The notes beneath the pieces were generated by a model. The model had not been told where the DNA came from and did no database searches. It saw nothing but the letters and a program-made list of their open reading frames with translations. Below are positions 1 to 12,987 of a stretch of 64,000 nt of DNA, piece after piece. The stretch is from positions 652,001 through 716,000 of the forward strand of contig NIVC01000186.1 of NCBI GenBank assembly GCA_002269645.1, given 5' to 3'. Numbering within the stretch: position 1 is the stretch's first letter; each line of letters starts with the position of its first letter. Made by a program: the position numbers and the translations under genes. This DNA is from Macrostomum lignano (taxonomy: Eukaryota).

Positions 1-313
1 GCCTCTGTTGTAGGAGCTGTCAGGTACAACGCTCTTTTTATCTGCTTTATTTGTGTGTTTGTGCGTGATGCAGTACAGAGAATAAGAAAAGGAGAGAGAT
101 TTTCGGCTGCTCGGTTATCTGTTTGTTTGGTTCGACTCGAGCCGCACACAGACGTCTTTTGCGATTAGAATGGTCACTTTAATGAAAAGAGGGTGACGTT
201 CATACCCCTTGACGTCTGCACGGAGTGTGCAGCGGCCCGCTCTCTGAACTGCTAGCCACCCCCGCCTAGAGGCCGGAATCAGGGTCGCGAACTGAGCGAG
301 GGAGAGAAATGAA
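1..313. repeat. Near-identical copy of 8251-8563 (upstream region of the GNAT gene); patchy similarity continues ~420-560 vs ~8700-8850
   Basis: 1-313 matches 8251-8563 at offset 8250 with only a few substitutions (e.g. tctctgaact vs tctttgaact); shared AGCAACTT(T/C)CCAACGC and GCTAATGCATGC further on. Confidence 0.93.
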
Positions 314-1849
314 GGGGCGGACTGAATGCATATTGGACAAGTGATCTGCAAGATCATGGAACGGAGGGATGAGAGGAGAGAGAATGCCCTAGATTGGAGG
401 GTGGGGCGCGACGACAGATTATATACCCAGCTCTCAGCAACTTTCCAACGCGCTGTGCTAATGCATGCCTTCCTGTTCTTCCTCCACTGCACATTGGGGC
501 AGTTGCGACTGCTCCACATTTGCCACTCTTCCCAAAGTCTCCTCCCCTATTCTCCCCCATTCTTGGGGAGATTTCGCGAGGATTGGCTGGTCTCGCTGCA
601 CTTCCCATTAATCCATTTCCCGTCTTTTAGGCGCGAGCAGCAAGCAGATTTTTCAATCCCTCAGTGCAGAGTGCAGTATGCATGCAGATGACATCCAGGG
701 CAGTCATGCGACAGCTGTCACTGCCTGCCACATCGGATTGGGCCATCTCTCGAAATCGCATGATTTGACTTCACCCTTGACAAAATCTCGGTGCTCTTTC
801 CCTTACAGTATAATATAAATAAATTTTTGGAGTAGAAAACAAATACCTGCATGCAATGCAACCAATGTGTCTACAATATTGAAACGTCTTATCTTGCATG
901 ATTTTTGTCCTTTTCATTTCGAGCATGGGGGCAGCACAAACACTCCACTTTGCTGTTATAGCTAGTATAGAGAGGTCGAGGATCGCATAGGGTCAATAAA
1001 AGTTGGAAAAAAGTACATTTATAAACTTAGCAAGGTCTGGCATGTACGGAGCTAAATTATATCTGCAACGTGAGCACAACTGACTCCAGTATATCTAGCC
1101 GCATGTAGAAAGAAAATATGTCACCACAAACACAGCAGACCATGTGCAAGTGGCGGGTAAAGTTCTTTCCAAAGCTAACACATTATTCATCAGCGATAGA
1201 TCGGATCGAGGACAAAAGAAGGCAAGCAACTTTATTGCAATTTGCTATTTGGGAAACTTTAACTATTGCTAGCGAACAAAGTTATCCAAACTGCAAAATA
1301 TAAGTGTAGCTATGTGTGAGAAAATTTCAAAAAATTTCGAACAGCTGTTATGAAGCTCCATCTCGACATTCAATACGAACATCCTTAAACCTCGTAGCTA
1401 CCGAGGGCTATAGTTATAGATATCAAAGTAGCCATTTTTCGATATTCGATAGACATATCTATCGAGACCCATGAAAATCAGTTATCTATTTGGAAAAATG
1501 AATTAAAACTCATGGTGAGTGACCAGCACTGGTTTTACTCATATTGCATAAATAGCTAGTATCCAAAAATGCTTTCGTGTAGAAGGTCCTATCCCAGTAA
1601 ACAATTTTTATAATGCCTATTGAGCCTTTATCCACAAGGACAGGAATTCGCTGTATGTGCAGTCGGGGAAACAAGCTATGGCCGTCTTAATCCTAGCTAA
1701 AGGATTATAAGTAATCCTTCGAAAGTACTTGACGAACTTTCAATGTATTTAAACTGTGTAAGAACTGCATTCTTATTATTAAGTATAGAATCTACTTGTA
1801 TTAAATTCTACAAACTAATATATTGTACGTTGTATCGAGGTTACACAAG

Positions 1850-4290
1850 AGACCCCTTGCGCGCACGCGCTCGCAGACCAGACGGGAGGGGGGTCAGCGC
1901 TCAGCCAAGATCCTTTAGCCCAGGGTCCGGAGGCAGTGGCCCAGCAGCATCTGACGGCGTCGGCGCAGGGTAGCGCTCAGGGGCGGGGCTCCAGCGCGGG
2001 TCATCAGAACGTTGGTCGGCAGGCGCTCCGGCTAGTGCACGCCCAGCGCGTAGCGCAGCAGCGATCGGAAGAGCGCGTCCAGAGCCCGCTCTCGAGTCTC
2101 GGTCAGCGGCACAGCCTCCATGCCGTACAGGAGGATCGGCTCTACGGCCGCGCGGAACAGGCGCACCTTCAGGTCGTCTCCAGCAGCTGAATTGAAGACG
2201 TTCCTGAGGAGGTGCGCGGCGCGCCAGGCCTGAGTCCTCCTGTCGGAGACAATGACATCGAGGTTCATCACCAGGGCGCCGAGGTACCGGAAGTCCTCGC
2301 ACATCGCGATGCGGTCTCCATTTGGGGCCGTATTTGTGCCCACGTGCAGCGCCTCCGTCTTGCGAGCATTCACCAGCAGCCCAACACGGGCGCCCTCGTC
2401 GCAGAACCTTGTGAGAGCGTGCAACTGGATCGCGGCAGAGTAGCGCGATATCGTCAGCGTAAGCGAGATCGGGCAGCAAAATAGCAGGGTGTCTGGAGCT
2501 TCGGCGTGGGGCCAGCAAGTAGCTGTCATCCTCGCGGAGGTATCAAGGAAGCACGCAGTCCACAACCACGAGGAAGGGCAGAAGAGCCAGCGTGTCGCCC
2601 TGAAGGACACCTGTGCCGGCGCCGAAATTTTCTGTGGGGCCGTCGCTCGACATGACAAAAGTCCTGGAGTCGCGGTAGAGGTCCATCACCGCGCTCACCA
2701 GGATAGCAGGTAATGCCATAGTAAGATAGAAGCCACGCGATCGCAGGCCTGGACACGGAGTCAAATGCCTTGTAGAAGTCGACGAAGATGATTGACACGG
2801 AGCGCTGGCGGGTCTTGCAGGCCCCGATCACAGAGCGGATGGTGGCAACCTGCTCGGTGGTGGACCTGCCCGGGCGGAAGCCGCTTTGGGGGCTCAGCAG
2901 CAGCGGGTTGAGGCCGGGCAGGAGGCGGTTGTGCAGAACCGCGTTCAGCAGCTTCGGCGTTGTGCATTCTAGCTCGATGCCCCGCTAGTTGCCCAGGCTG
3001 GTGGAACCGCTTTCTTTGGGATGAAGACAATCGTAGAGGTGCACCATTGCTGAGGAGCTGAGGCGGCCTCGTTGCCTCCAAGGCTGCAGCCTGCAGTGCT
3101 TGTTCAGTAGGCTTGTAATGATTCGGGTGAGCTCAGCCAGCTTCAGGACCCTGGGAGGGATGGCGTCCACCTCAGCGGCGGCATCAGCTCGCATGGTCCT
3201 CAGTGCTCGGTCAACCTCGCCTGCAGTAATGGGGCCGGTGTTGAAGGCGTCTGGCTGGGCTGGAGCGAAGTCTGAGATTCGCAGAAGAGGCGCAGTTGGA
3301 GCGGGCGCGTTGAGCACCTCGCGGTAGCGGGTGGCCAGCAGAGCCTTGCGGTGCTCCGTGAAATCAGCGCCGACGATGGTGTTGGGCCTGGGCTTCCTGC
3401 CAGTCAGCTGGTTGGATGGCCCTCCAGGCAGAACTATGACGGCAGTTGTCAGTGGCGAGTTGGGAGCACTGGCCTTGGTCGCTGTCATGTCCATGGAGGG
3501 CAGCAGTGCTCTGCACATAACGCCTTGCATGCCTGGGAGATGATGAGATCGCAGTCCCACGGGCCTTTGGGTGGTTTGCCTGTCTCCGTTGGACAAGAGC
3601 TGCCGCATCCTCAACAGCGTGATGAAAAGACTCGAAGGACTCGACTGGAGCAAGGAGTTTCGGCAAACAGCTTGTGTAGGAAGGCCTGCCGCTTGTCCGG
3701 GTTTCTCAGGTCGGCCCAGTGTTGTGTAGTTGGTTTGCAGATATGTACATCTGCTATGTACATCTGTTTTCCGATATTGCTCTGTCGCAGCTAAATGAAT
3801 ATATAAGTATAAATACAGTATACCACTCGGTAGGCCAACTTGGGCTAAGTTCGTGTGTACCCCTAAATTCAGTCTGACTTTCTCAACACAACACCCAGAG
3901 CGGGTGAGGTGGCGCAGGCCAGAGATCTCTGGCCAGGATAAAACTGGATAGGAAAGGTGAGTTGGAATTGGGGATGCGACAGCTGTTCTTCGGCTGGCAA
4001 CGGCGAGCTGAAGTCACCAGCAGCAATGACAGAGTCCCGAGCAGAGATTGAATCAAGCATGCAGCCCAGAAAGTCGTAAAGGGCTTCTGTTTCACATGGA
4101 TCTTCGCTGGTCAGGGGGGGGGCGTTGGAGCATAGACGCAGATGATGTGAAGCCGCCTGTCTTTTCCGGCAAAGGAGGCGTGTCCCAGGCGCTCGCGGAT
4201 TGAAACCTGATGTCCAGCAGCGCCCGGAAGGCGAGAGGGGCAGGAAGCCGATGCCTCCAGTTCCCTGGGGAGTGGCCGGGGCAGCCCTGA
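1850..4290 (-). mobile_element. Decayed RTE-like non-LTR retrotransposon (partial endonuclease + reverse transcriptase), frameshifted and internally deleted
   Basis: Minus-strand fragments: endonuclease IICVYAPT and IAAGDFS (4290-3950); RT motifs FVDFYKAFDSVSR, GVLQGDTLA, LAYADDIALL, FRYLGA, FRAAVEPILLYG spread over several frames; AT-rich interruption ~3730-3880. Confidence 0.85.
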
Positions 4291-4530
4291 ATTGCCGGCC
4301 AGAGCTAGAAATCTAAATAAAAAATATTTTGAAAGTCTAAAGCAAAAATCAGAGGGATCAAATGGATCCTTGAAACAGTTTTGTAGTTTTTGTTTAAAGA
4401 GAATAGAATGGTTCGGTATTACTCGTAACAGTATAAATAAGCCACATAATATACTACTTGTATATGTCACAGAATGTTTTCAAAATAGACGAATGAAATT
4501 GTAAGTTTGAGACGAGACGAAAGAAATATA

Positions 4531-4703
4531 TCAGTCAATTCACACAATCTGTCAATTCACACAGTCAGTCAATTCACACAATCTGTCAATTCACACAGTC
4601 AGTCAATTCACACAGTCTGTCAATTCACACAGTCTGTCAATTCACACAGTCAGGCAATTCACACAGTCTGTCAATTCACACAGTCAGGCAATTCACACAG
4701 TCT
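4531..4703. repeat. 15-bp minisatellite (TCAATTCACACAGTC), block 1
   Basis: Tandem units read directly; same unit and orientation at 6393-6557. Confidence 0.95.
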
Positions 4704-4950
4704 GTTGTACTTTTCGTAGTAACGAAGACGAATGCAAGATGCCTAGTTAGGAAGAGATCGTAGATGCATGCAGCGCGTATCTTTTAGCAGCGAAGTAGCT
4801 GGCTGCTATACTTAAAATATGAATAAAGCTTCGCCCATAAACCATAGAACTAAAGTTCATACACGGCACCCCCACATTTTAGCAATTAACCTGGAGAGAA
4901 ATAAATGACTTTTTTCTGTTCGGTCCAACGATCAAAAAATAAGAAATAGG

Positions 4951-6395
4951 TCAGCCGATCAGGGCCGCTTTTCGGAGCCTCTGACTTCGACGAGAAACTT
5001 GGTACTCGGGACTTTGATCGCTGGTTGCCTCCACTTCAGCAGGAGTCGTAGTCTCCATTTCCTTCTCCATGATGCTGCCAACATTGGAAGGTCTAGGCGA
5101 GGTAATCTCTTGTGAGTTCTCTGTAGTCCTTGGCGTTGCATCAGATGCATGGACAACCCGTCCTTTGCTGTCCAAGTAGGTATTTGATCCATGAAGTCCT
5201 TGGATTTCTTCTGGGACCTTGTCTGACTTTCCTTCTACGTTGATGTAGACAGGAATTGGGGTCGTTAGCGGTTTGTCCAATTCTGTAAAGGTTGCAGTGA
5301 GGCGCGTTCTTGGGCGTTGCATAAACAGTTGTGCAGCAGGAATCGCTCCTTCGGAGTTCGGTGACAGCTGATGTACATCAATCCACCGAGAGAACGAGTC
5401 GCTGAGAAGTTTTTCTCCTTGAAATATGCTATGTCCTGATGAACACGTTCGAAGAAGAACTTTGCATCCTCCCATGAATGCAGATTTGCATTTGTTCGCT
5501 TTCTCGAATTTAGTTGGCAGGAAGGACACCTTTGAACGAAGCTATTGATCTGGGCGTCAATGTAAGGCCACCAGAAGTACTCTCGACCTAGTCTGATCAT
5601 GCGCACAATGCCCGGATGATTCTCGTGAAGAATTTGAAGAATTTATTTGCGCATGGACTTTGGAGGCACGATTCGGATCCCTTTGAACAGAATCCCGTTT
5701 TGAATGGAGTATTCCGCCTTGGATTTGGTGTACGGAAGCAGCTGTTTAGAAATGTAGCTTGGCCAACCTTGAGTAACAAACTTCTTGATAATATCAAGTT
5801 CAGGGTCTCTGGTGTTGGCGACACGCCGAAGAATTGTCCCAGAAGAAGAAAACTCTACGAGAGAGTTTACCTCCAGCAGATTGACATCAAAATTTGAAAA
5901 CGAAGTAGAAGCGTTTGTTGAAGGAATTCTTGACAGAGTACGAGCTATATGATGCAAGCATGGTGTCTCCCTTTGAGTAAGTGACAGTGTTGTAATAGGA
6001 TCTGAGCAGCAATGCCCATCTCTGGAGTCTCGCAGAAACTCGGTCAGGAACTTTCGTTGTTGAGAAGATGTACTGCAAAGGTCTGTGATCAGAGATGATG
6101 GTAAAATGACGGCATGCCAGAAATTGATGAAAATATTTTACACCCTCAATAATTGCAAGAGCCTCCCGCTCAATGTTGGCATAGTTGGCCTCAGCCTTGG
6201 TCAAAACTCGGCTTCCCAGCCATACAACTTCTTTTTGGTTCGTGTCGTGGGACAGCACAAATCGATTCCACTCTGAGAAGCGTCGCAGGTTAGAAACAAC
6301 GGCCTTTTTATATCATAAGAAACGATTCGACCTTCAGTTACAGCAGCTTTCAGTGTGGAGAACACAATGGAGTGAACGACAGTCCATTTCCACTG
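4951..6395 (-). mobile_element. Gypsy/Ty3 LTR-retrotransposon pol fragment (RT connection, RNase H, integrase zinc finger; integrase core deleted)
   Basis: WKWT..LFLTCDASQSG..VLSH, EANYANIEREALAII, FTIISDHRPL, RLQRWALLL, LHENHPGIVRM..YFWWP..CPSCQ, SDSFSRWIDV joined directly to PAAQLFMQRPRTRL; stops and frameshifts. Confidence 0.9.
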
Positions 6396-6557
6396 AATTC
6401 ACACAATTCAATTCACACCGTCTGTCAATTCACACAGTCTGTCAATTATACAGTCTGTCAATTCACACAGTCTGTCAATTTACACAGTCAGTCAATTCAC
6501 ACAGTCAGTCAATTTACACAGTCCGTCAATCCACACAGTCCGTCAATTCACACAGCC
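6393..6557. repeat. 15-bp minisatellite (TCAATTCACACAGTC), block 2, just 3' of the GNAT stop
   Basis: Tandem units read directly. Confidence 0.95.
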
Positions 6558-6571
6558 AAGACACGGTCAGT

Positions 6572-8195
6572 TCACTCGATCCGCTTTGCATAGAGCACAA
6601 TCTCTCGCAGCTCTTCCGGATCCAGGCCGGCAAACGGCCGCTCGCCATCAACAGGGTCATTGTACTCGACCAGCAGCACCGAGTTGAGCCTGTCAAAGCC
6701 GAGCCCTTCGAAGATTCGTCCAGTGTGCCGATGCGCAGCAACGACGTTTACAACTGGGACGCCACGAAGTTTGGCGAGTTCGAGCGAAAAATCAATGAGG
6801 CGTTTGGCGATACTTCGACTGCGCATCGCTTCTAGGACGACTAGGTACTTGAAATCGACGACTGTGTCAACATTGTAGTGGCTGTACAGATCCACAGGAG
6901 TTGTCAGATGGTCCAGAACTCGAGTCACGATGGCGTTCTTTGGATACCTGAAGTGAAGGTAGGCGACTTTGAAGCCATGGTTGATCAGAGATTGTGGGGG
7001 TAGAGTGCTCAGTGATTAATTCGTCTGACTCTCACGCCGCATCCCTTGGTTCGATTCCGTGCGCGGCCACGAAAGTTAGCCGGGGGCTGTCGTGCGATTC
7101 ACACCAATGAGGGCCAACTCCAAAGGCGTAGAAATTGTACATCCCTGACGACTAGAATATCAGGGACACTGTACACCGCGTCCATGAATGCGTGCCTGCA
7201 TGCCTACGCTTTTTTTGTGCTTAGGAGTCAGCGGAATGGGCAGAATTAATTGATTGTGGGATGATTTTGCTGAACGCGTTGCTCTAGAGTGCCCGCAATC
7301 CTCCTCTTATATATATATATAATGTAATATAATTAAGATGTATTAAGATATATTAATTAAATGTTAAATTGATATGCATATCAGGTATTGTTGTTGAAAG
7401 CTGCCAACCCACTAAGACCATAGCTACATGTACACTGCCGAATCCTAAAGGTAGAACTATATCGATTCGTATTCGTCCGAAATCTTCGCCATTTTTGTTG
7501 AGTGGTTCCTAATTTCGGTCACGTCAATAATGGTTGTGACATCCTTTTATGACGATAGACACTAGTACGCACTCGCTTTTTAATAGCTAGTTAAGAGGTT
7601 TGTTGTGTTTTGTTTGGAGCGGGAACACTTTTTGTGAAATTTCCTATTATCTTAATGAACGAATAGCTGAATATCTCGACGACCCTGAAGGCATTTGTCG
7701 TTTATTCTTTGTGGATAAAATGATGGTGAATTATAACTGAATTGCTTCATTTCGGTCAATGATGTCACGTGATTGCATTTACATGCAAACTAGCTTTCTG
7801 TGTGTTTATGAGAAATATCACGTAGTTTAGTGAACTGATACGATAATGAGCTCATTCAAAAGTGCACACCTCGCCGCAAGCTGCTGGTCCAGCACCAACG
7901 GATGCCGTTTTGCGCTCTGCCTCGGCACCAGACTGGAGACTCGAGCTCCGACCAGAGCTCCGCTACTCGGATCCTCCGTCACCACCGTCACTCCCTGACC
8001 CAGCAGACCGGGCGGTAGTGTCAGATCAATATTTAAATCCTCAGGGTTGACCCCGCCAATGTGCTTATTTAGCGGCGTCTTCGGAAAGAAATCCTGCAGC
8101 ATCAGCTTCCAGGTGGCGTCGCGATCGTCTGGTCGAGCGACTCGATAGCGGAGGCCATCGATGACGCGTTCAGATGGCACCGATTGGCTCTCCAT
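6572..8195 (-). CDS. GNAT-family N-acetyltransferase, arylalkylamine/dopamine N-acetyltransferase (insect-AANAT)-like; 2 coding exons, 233 aa
   Basis: Exons 8195-7870 and 6947-6572 join in frame (AG|GTGTGC...TTCAG|G) giving QLAAR-YPKNAIVTRVLDHL; FFPKTPLN motif, acetyl-CoA motif YLVVLEAMRSRSIAKRLI, IFEGLGF. Confidence 0.8.
6996..7320 (+). mobile_element. tRNA-derived SINE, family B (full-length copy), antisense in the GNAT intron
   Basis: A-box-like GTGCTCAGTGATT (~7005), B box GGTTCGATTCC (7048-7058), body shared with 18225-18515 and 48590-48802, (TA)n tail. Confidence 0.7.
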
Positions 8196-8250
8196 GCTTC
8201 TGGTTTAGAAATTTAGTAAAGAATCTGGCCTTCAAAGATGTAGCTGTAGA

Positions 8251-8563
8251 GCCTCTGTTGTAGGAGCTGTCAGGTACAACGCTCTTTTTATCTGCTTTAT
8301 TTGTGTGTTTGTGCGTGATGCAGTACAGAGAATAAGAAAAGGAGAGAGATTTTCGGCTGCTCGGTTATCTGTTTGTTTGGTTCGACTCGAGCCGCACACA
8401 GACGTCTTTTGCGATTAGAATGGTCACTTTAATGAAAAGAGGGTGACGTTCATACCCCTTGACGTCTGCACGGAGTGTGCAGCGGCCCGCTCTTTGAACT
8501 GCTAGCCACCCCCGCCTAGAGGCCGGAATCAGGGTCGCGAACTGAGCGTGGGAGAGAAATGAA
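8251..8563. repeat. Copy of 1-313; putative GNAT promoter/5' UTR region
   Basis: Direct sequence identity; lies 55-370 nt upstream of the GNAT ATG on the minus strand. Confidence 0.9.
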
Positions 8564-11500
8564 TTAGGGATAGACTGAGACGGAGCGCGAGAATTCGAGA
8601 TTATGGAACGGAGCTGGATCTGAGGAGTGAGAGGAGAGAGACCTACCATACACTGTAGATCGGATCTAGGTTGGGGCTGGAGTAGATCAGTAGAAGATCG
8701 ATTATTTATCCAGCTATCTCTCTCTTTCTTTTGCAGAGTTTTAGCAACTTCCCAACGCACCTTGCTAATGCATGCGTTCCTGTTCTTATTACTATGGCAG
8801 TTGCAATTGCAATTACTCCGCAGTTGCCACTCTTCCCAACTCCTCCAATTGTCCTTTTTCCTCCAAATTCTAAGATGTACGGGAGACTCACATTCCGCAA
8901 CTGCTGTGAGCAGAATCATAAAATTTGTTGAGTGCATTCATTTTCAAATAACTGCACGTTTTGTGCTGAGGAGGGTACGTGGTTAGAGATTAGAATGGGG
9001 TGACTTTGAACTTAAGCAGTGTTTCTCGAGACATTTAACCATAGAAATTCTGCTCAGCTCCAACACGTACCAGCCTATCCCTTAACATGGAGCCCGCAAA
9101 TTTCTATATTGTTACCCGGAATTTTCTTGCATGACCAAGCTAATGACAATCAAATTATTATAGGTCTTTGCCAGTAGTCAATATCTTTTTTTTCGGGCGA
9201 CTGCGTGCAGCCCTTAAAATTCGATAATGACTACTGCAAAGTTCTATAATGGTATATTGTCGTTATATAGTACTTTGTAATTTGTATATCATTTTGCACT
9301 CTAGCTTAGACTGCGAGCTTTTCATTTCGGAATTGAGTATTTGCCCATCAAGGCAGTGACTGCTGCATCAAGGACTTCTAGACGTCTAGAAGTCCTTGTG
9401 CTGCATGTCCATGGCTTGACTGAAATAAAACAGTTCGGGCTTTTAATTCTCACAGCTGGCACCAATTTTGGCATATAGAACTTAAGTCTATGTTCAATCA
9501 TTGTTTCCGCCTTCAAAACAGAAGTTTTCCGTGGCAGAAAACTTCTTTGCCAAATATTGTGCCCGCTGTCAGAATTACGGGTCCCATGAACCTGTTAAAT
9601 TTCAACTCGCGACTTGCATGTCCATAGCCAGTTCGAAACGATGCGAGTTCAATACGTCCCTTGTAATTATTTTATTTACTTCAAACCATGCCAAAGTAAA
9701 TTTCGAAACTCGAACCTCTTTAACTCGAAATCGGTTGCGAAAAAAGGTAGATAGAATATTGTTTCGATTGAGCTACTTTGTTAAAATATACCAACGCTTT
9801 TTTGAATCCTGGGTTGTCAAAATTGATTTCTATGTTAAATTATTTCATGCTAACCAACTGCTATGCCTAGACCTGCGCCTGTAGTATCAAATATTCTATT
9901 TATGTACACCAATGTGCATCATCTATATGCAAATAACACAGATATAGGCCTATGCCCGATGCACCTACCAACGCTAGTGCGGCTAGTTGAACTTTCTTCG
10001 TGTACGCCAGTATGCCTATGTTGAATGTTGCCAACCTAACCTCTAGCTAGCTTTTTTCCCAGTGTTTCCAAAAGGGGCTACAAAATTCGTGTGTAATGCA
10101 CATATCCTATGAACTATAGTGCTAAAATAGTATTAGGTCTATATGGCCTATAAGCTGTAGGATTATTGTCTATAGCTTTGGACGTTTTGTATCCAATCCA
10201 AATTCCAATGTATGCTTGGACTTATTTTTGAACAATTTTTAGTAATTTAGAGCTTTTGCCTTTTATTTTATACCAGGCCTAATACAAAACTTCAAAATTC
10301 ATTGTTACTATGCCCTATTATTTTTTACAAACTTAATATTTAAATTTTAGAATTGATATAAGCCTATTATTAGACATAATCTATATTTAATAGACAGTCT
10401 AAAGTCAGGAAGGTGTCCAGTATATGCCAGAATGATGAATGAGAATTTTTTCTGTGCATGCCAATTTATACCAAAGTTCAGAACCCCAAAATAATTATGC
10501 GCAGGCTGCATGCCAAAGTTGAGAAAGTATTTCAAGATTCAAACTTAGTAGTAGTAGTAGTGGAGTACTAAGTTTGGCTTAGGCAAAAAGCCTGTTTGGC
10601 CAGTATAATTCAATGTATTTAATAGTAATTCAACAGGAAGCCAGGAGGGTACATTTAGTATAAGTAAGGCCTACAAGTTTTGAAAAAAATATTGTATTTG
10701 AAAGAGCAACTAAAAATTTCTACAAATCTTTTGAACAAACTTTAATGGCTAATGAAGTGAAAAAGTATGTAAATAAAGAATTATAAAACAAGTACTGTAC
10801 AAACTTGATGGAGAGCAATTCATCTAATAGGTAATTAAAATAAGTATATAGGTATTAATCAGTCAATATCAAATAATATAGGCCCTATTGGGCATTTAAG
10901 AATGAAATATATTTTAAAAAGGAAATAACCAAAAATATTGCATTTAAAACAAAGATTTAGATAGGCATAAATTGTTAGAAATTAAAGTATTTATAATATA
11001 CAAATAGACACATAATGGAATGCAATAGCAATTGCTTTGGTATTTATATATATAAATGGGCAGGAATATATAGAAAGGAGATGTAACAAAAGGGAATAAC
11101 ATGAAAGCTTCAAGAGGTCCAGCGCAATGGATTCGATTGGTCTTAGATAGGTAGTAACAGCATAATACACATGGCCATGGGGTTTGTCTAAGTTTTCATG
11201 TTGGTTGTAATAGAAGATTATTTTTGAGTTTATAAATCTTCTTTTTTCAAGATTCAAACTTTGTGAACTCATTCATATATTTAAAAAGGAAAAAAATATT
11301 ATAACAAAACAATTCTAATAATAGTATTTTTTATGAAATTGCTATACTATATAAAACGTGCCTATTTTAGTTTATTTTAAACTTTCTAATATCAATAAAT
11401 AAAAAAATGTTTACATGTTTGAACATAAGTTAAATAATGTTATATGTATATGTAGACTGTAGCTGGGAATTTGTATTTCCAAAAATTGTTTTGTATGCCA

Positions 11501-12515
11501 AATACAAATTATAATTTTGTTTTATACACAGTATGCCAAATGCAATTTTTTTAATATTCAAGCATGCCAACCATGCATGCCAAATGATCTATGAAGGGCT
11601 AATGCATGCTAGAATTTTCAAGTAAAAATGCCACATTCCTGACTATAGGAAATATATAGGAATTAATTATAAAATAATATAGAATACATATATAGACCTA
11701 GCTTAGTGTTTTTTTGACTTCTAAATTTTTGGGCAATTGTCAAGTTTTATTTGTTAAGTTATTTTGATTATGAAATTAATCTATGAACCATTTAAGTAAG
11801 AATAACTATTTTTAAAAGACAAAGCCTGGGTAAGCACTACTTCTGCACCCTGGATCATATAATATTCAGGCTTGCATTGGCCTTGCATTCCAAAAGTTAG
11901 ATATGCACAGTTGGCATACATGATTCCTAAGAAAATAGTATGTGCACACTTGATATGTATTTCATAGAATCACATGGAAGAGTTAGTGTTAAGTGGAAAA
12001 ATATTGAAAAGTTTTTTAAGCATAAATTTCAAGCTTTCTAGTTTTTGAGCTCATAATAAGGCATTTAAACAAATGTTTGTTTATGTTGATTTTCTATTTA
12101 AGATACTATAGTCAAGAAAGATAAATAAACAACCAAATTATCTACCAAGAAGGATTCTTTATGCAACACAAAAAGGTCATTTACTATTACAATGCAAAAA
12201 ATCATTTATTGTCGCAGTGCACACAGGCATAGATTTAAGAGTGTGGGCATACACTAAATTTTTTTGGTGTGCATTTGTAACTTCAATTTTCATTTGGGCA
12301 TGCACCAAGCATGATCTGGACTATGGCACTACTTTATATTTTAAAATGTGTTCCATTATATCTGATGTTAGAAAGCTGCAGTAGTCTGTGGCCAAAACAT
12401 TTAAATGTTTTTCAACTTGTATTAGTGCCCATACCATATACAATGATGATATGATACTATGTGATATATGTTTTCCAAATGTCTATGGTCTAGTCCAAAT
12501 ATCTATAGTCTAGAC

Positions 12516-12987
12516 CAAGAGTTGGCAAACTTTTTTAACCTCATGGGCCAGATAGAGAACATAGAGCATGATTGCAAGCCAGAGGAGGGGAGAGAAGAGA
12601 AGGAACAGAAATAAGATAAGGAGAGTCAAGAGAATTAAGAAGGGAAGGGAGAGGAGAGGGGAGAAAGCAATGAAGGGAGAGAAGAAGAAAGGGAAAAGAA
12701 GTGAGGAGAAGGGAGAAAAAGAAACAGAAAAAGAAAAGAGGAAAGGGCAGAGGAGAAAAAAGAAGAGAGAAAAGAGAGGATAAAGGAGAGAAGAAAAGAG
12801 GAGAAAGGAGAGGAGAGAAAAGAAAAGAGGACAAAGGATATCAGAGAGAAAGGAGCTGAGAAGATAAGAGGCCAAAAACCTTAAATAGGCTGGATTGCTA
12901 TTATGAAGGTTTTAAAGGACCCAAGGGCCAGATAGAAAGACTTTGCAGGCTGAATTTGGCCCGTGGGCTGGAGTTTGCCAACCTCTA
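12516..12987. mobile_element. Non-autonomous hAT (Charlie-like) MITE carrying an internal GA-rich microsatellite
   Basis: Ends CAAGAGTTGGCAAAC ... GGCCCGTGGGCTGGAGTTTGCCAACCTCTA; 8-bp TSD GTCTAGAC at 12508-12515 and 12988-12995 (NTCTAGAN is the known Charlie target preference). Confidence 0.85.

Noticed and set aside
7135-7175. Hammerhead-like CTGACGA...GAA(A/T)...TC in SINE family B (also ~18335-18360)
   Set aside because: Only 3 nt where stem II should be and no stem III; the bases are better explained by a plain hairpin.
8196-8205. AG acceptor 4 nt before the GNAT ATG as a spliced-leader trans-splice site
   Set aside because: A plausible cis donor (GGG|GTATGA, ~8454) lies upstream; cis and trans splicing cannot be distinguished without 5' reads.
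9550-9640. DM-domain-like CARCQNYG
   Set aside because: The following KGH and C..C..C ligands are absent and there is no supporting exon structure.
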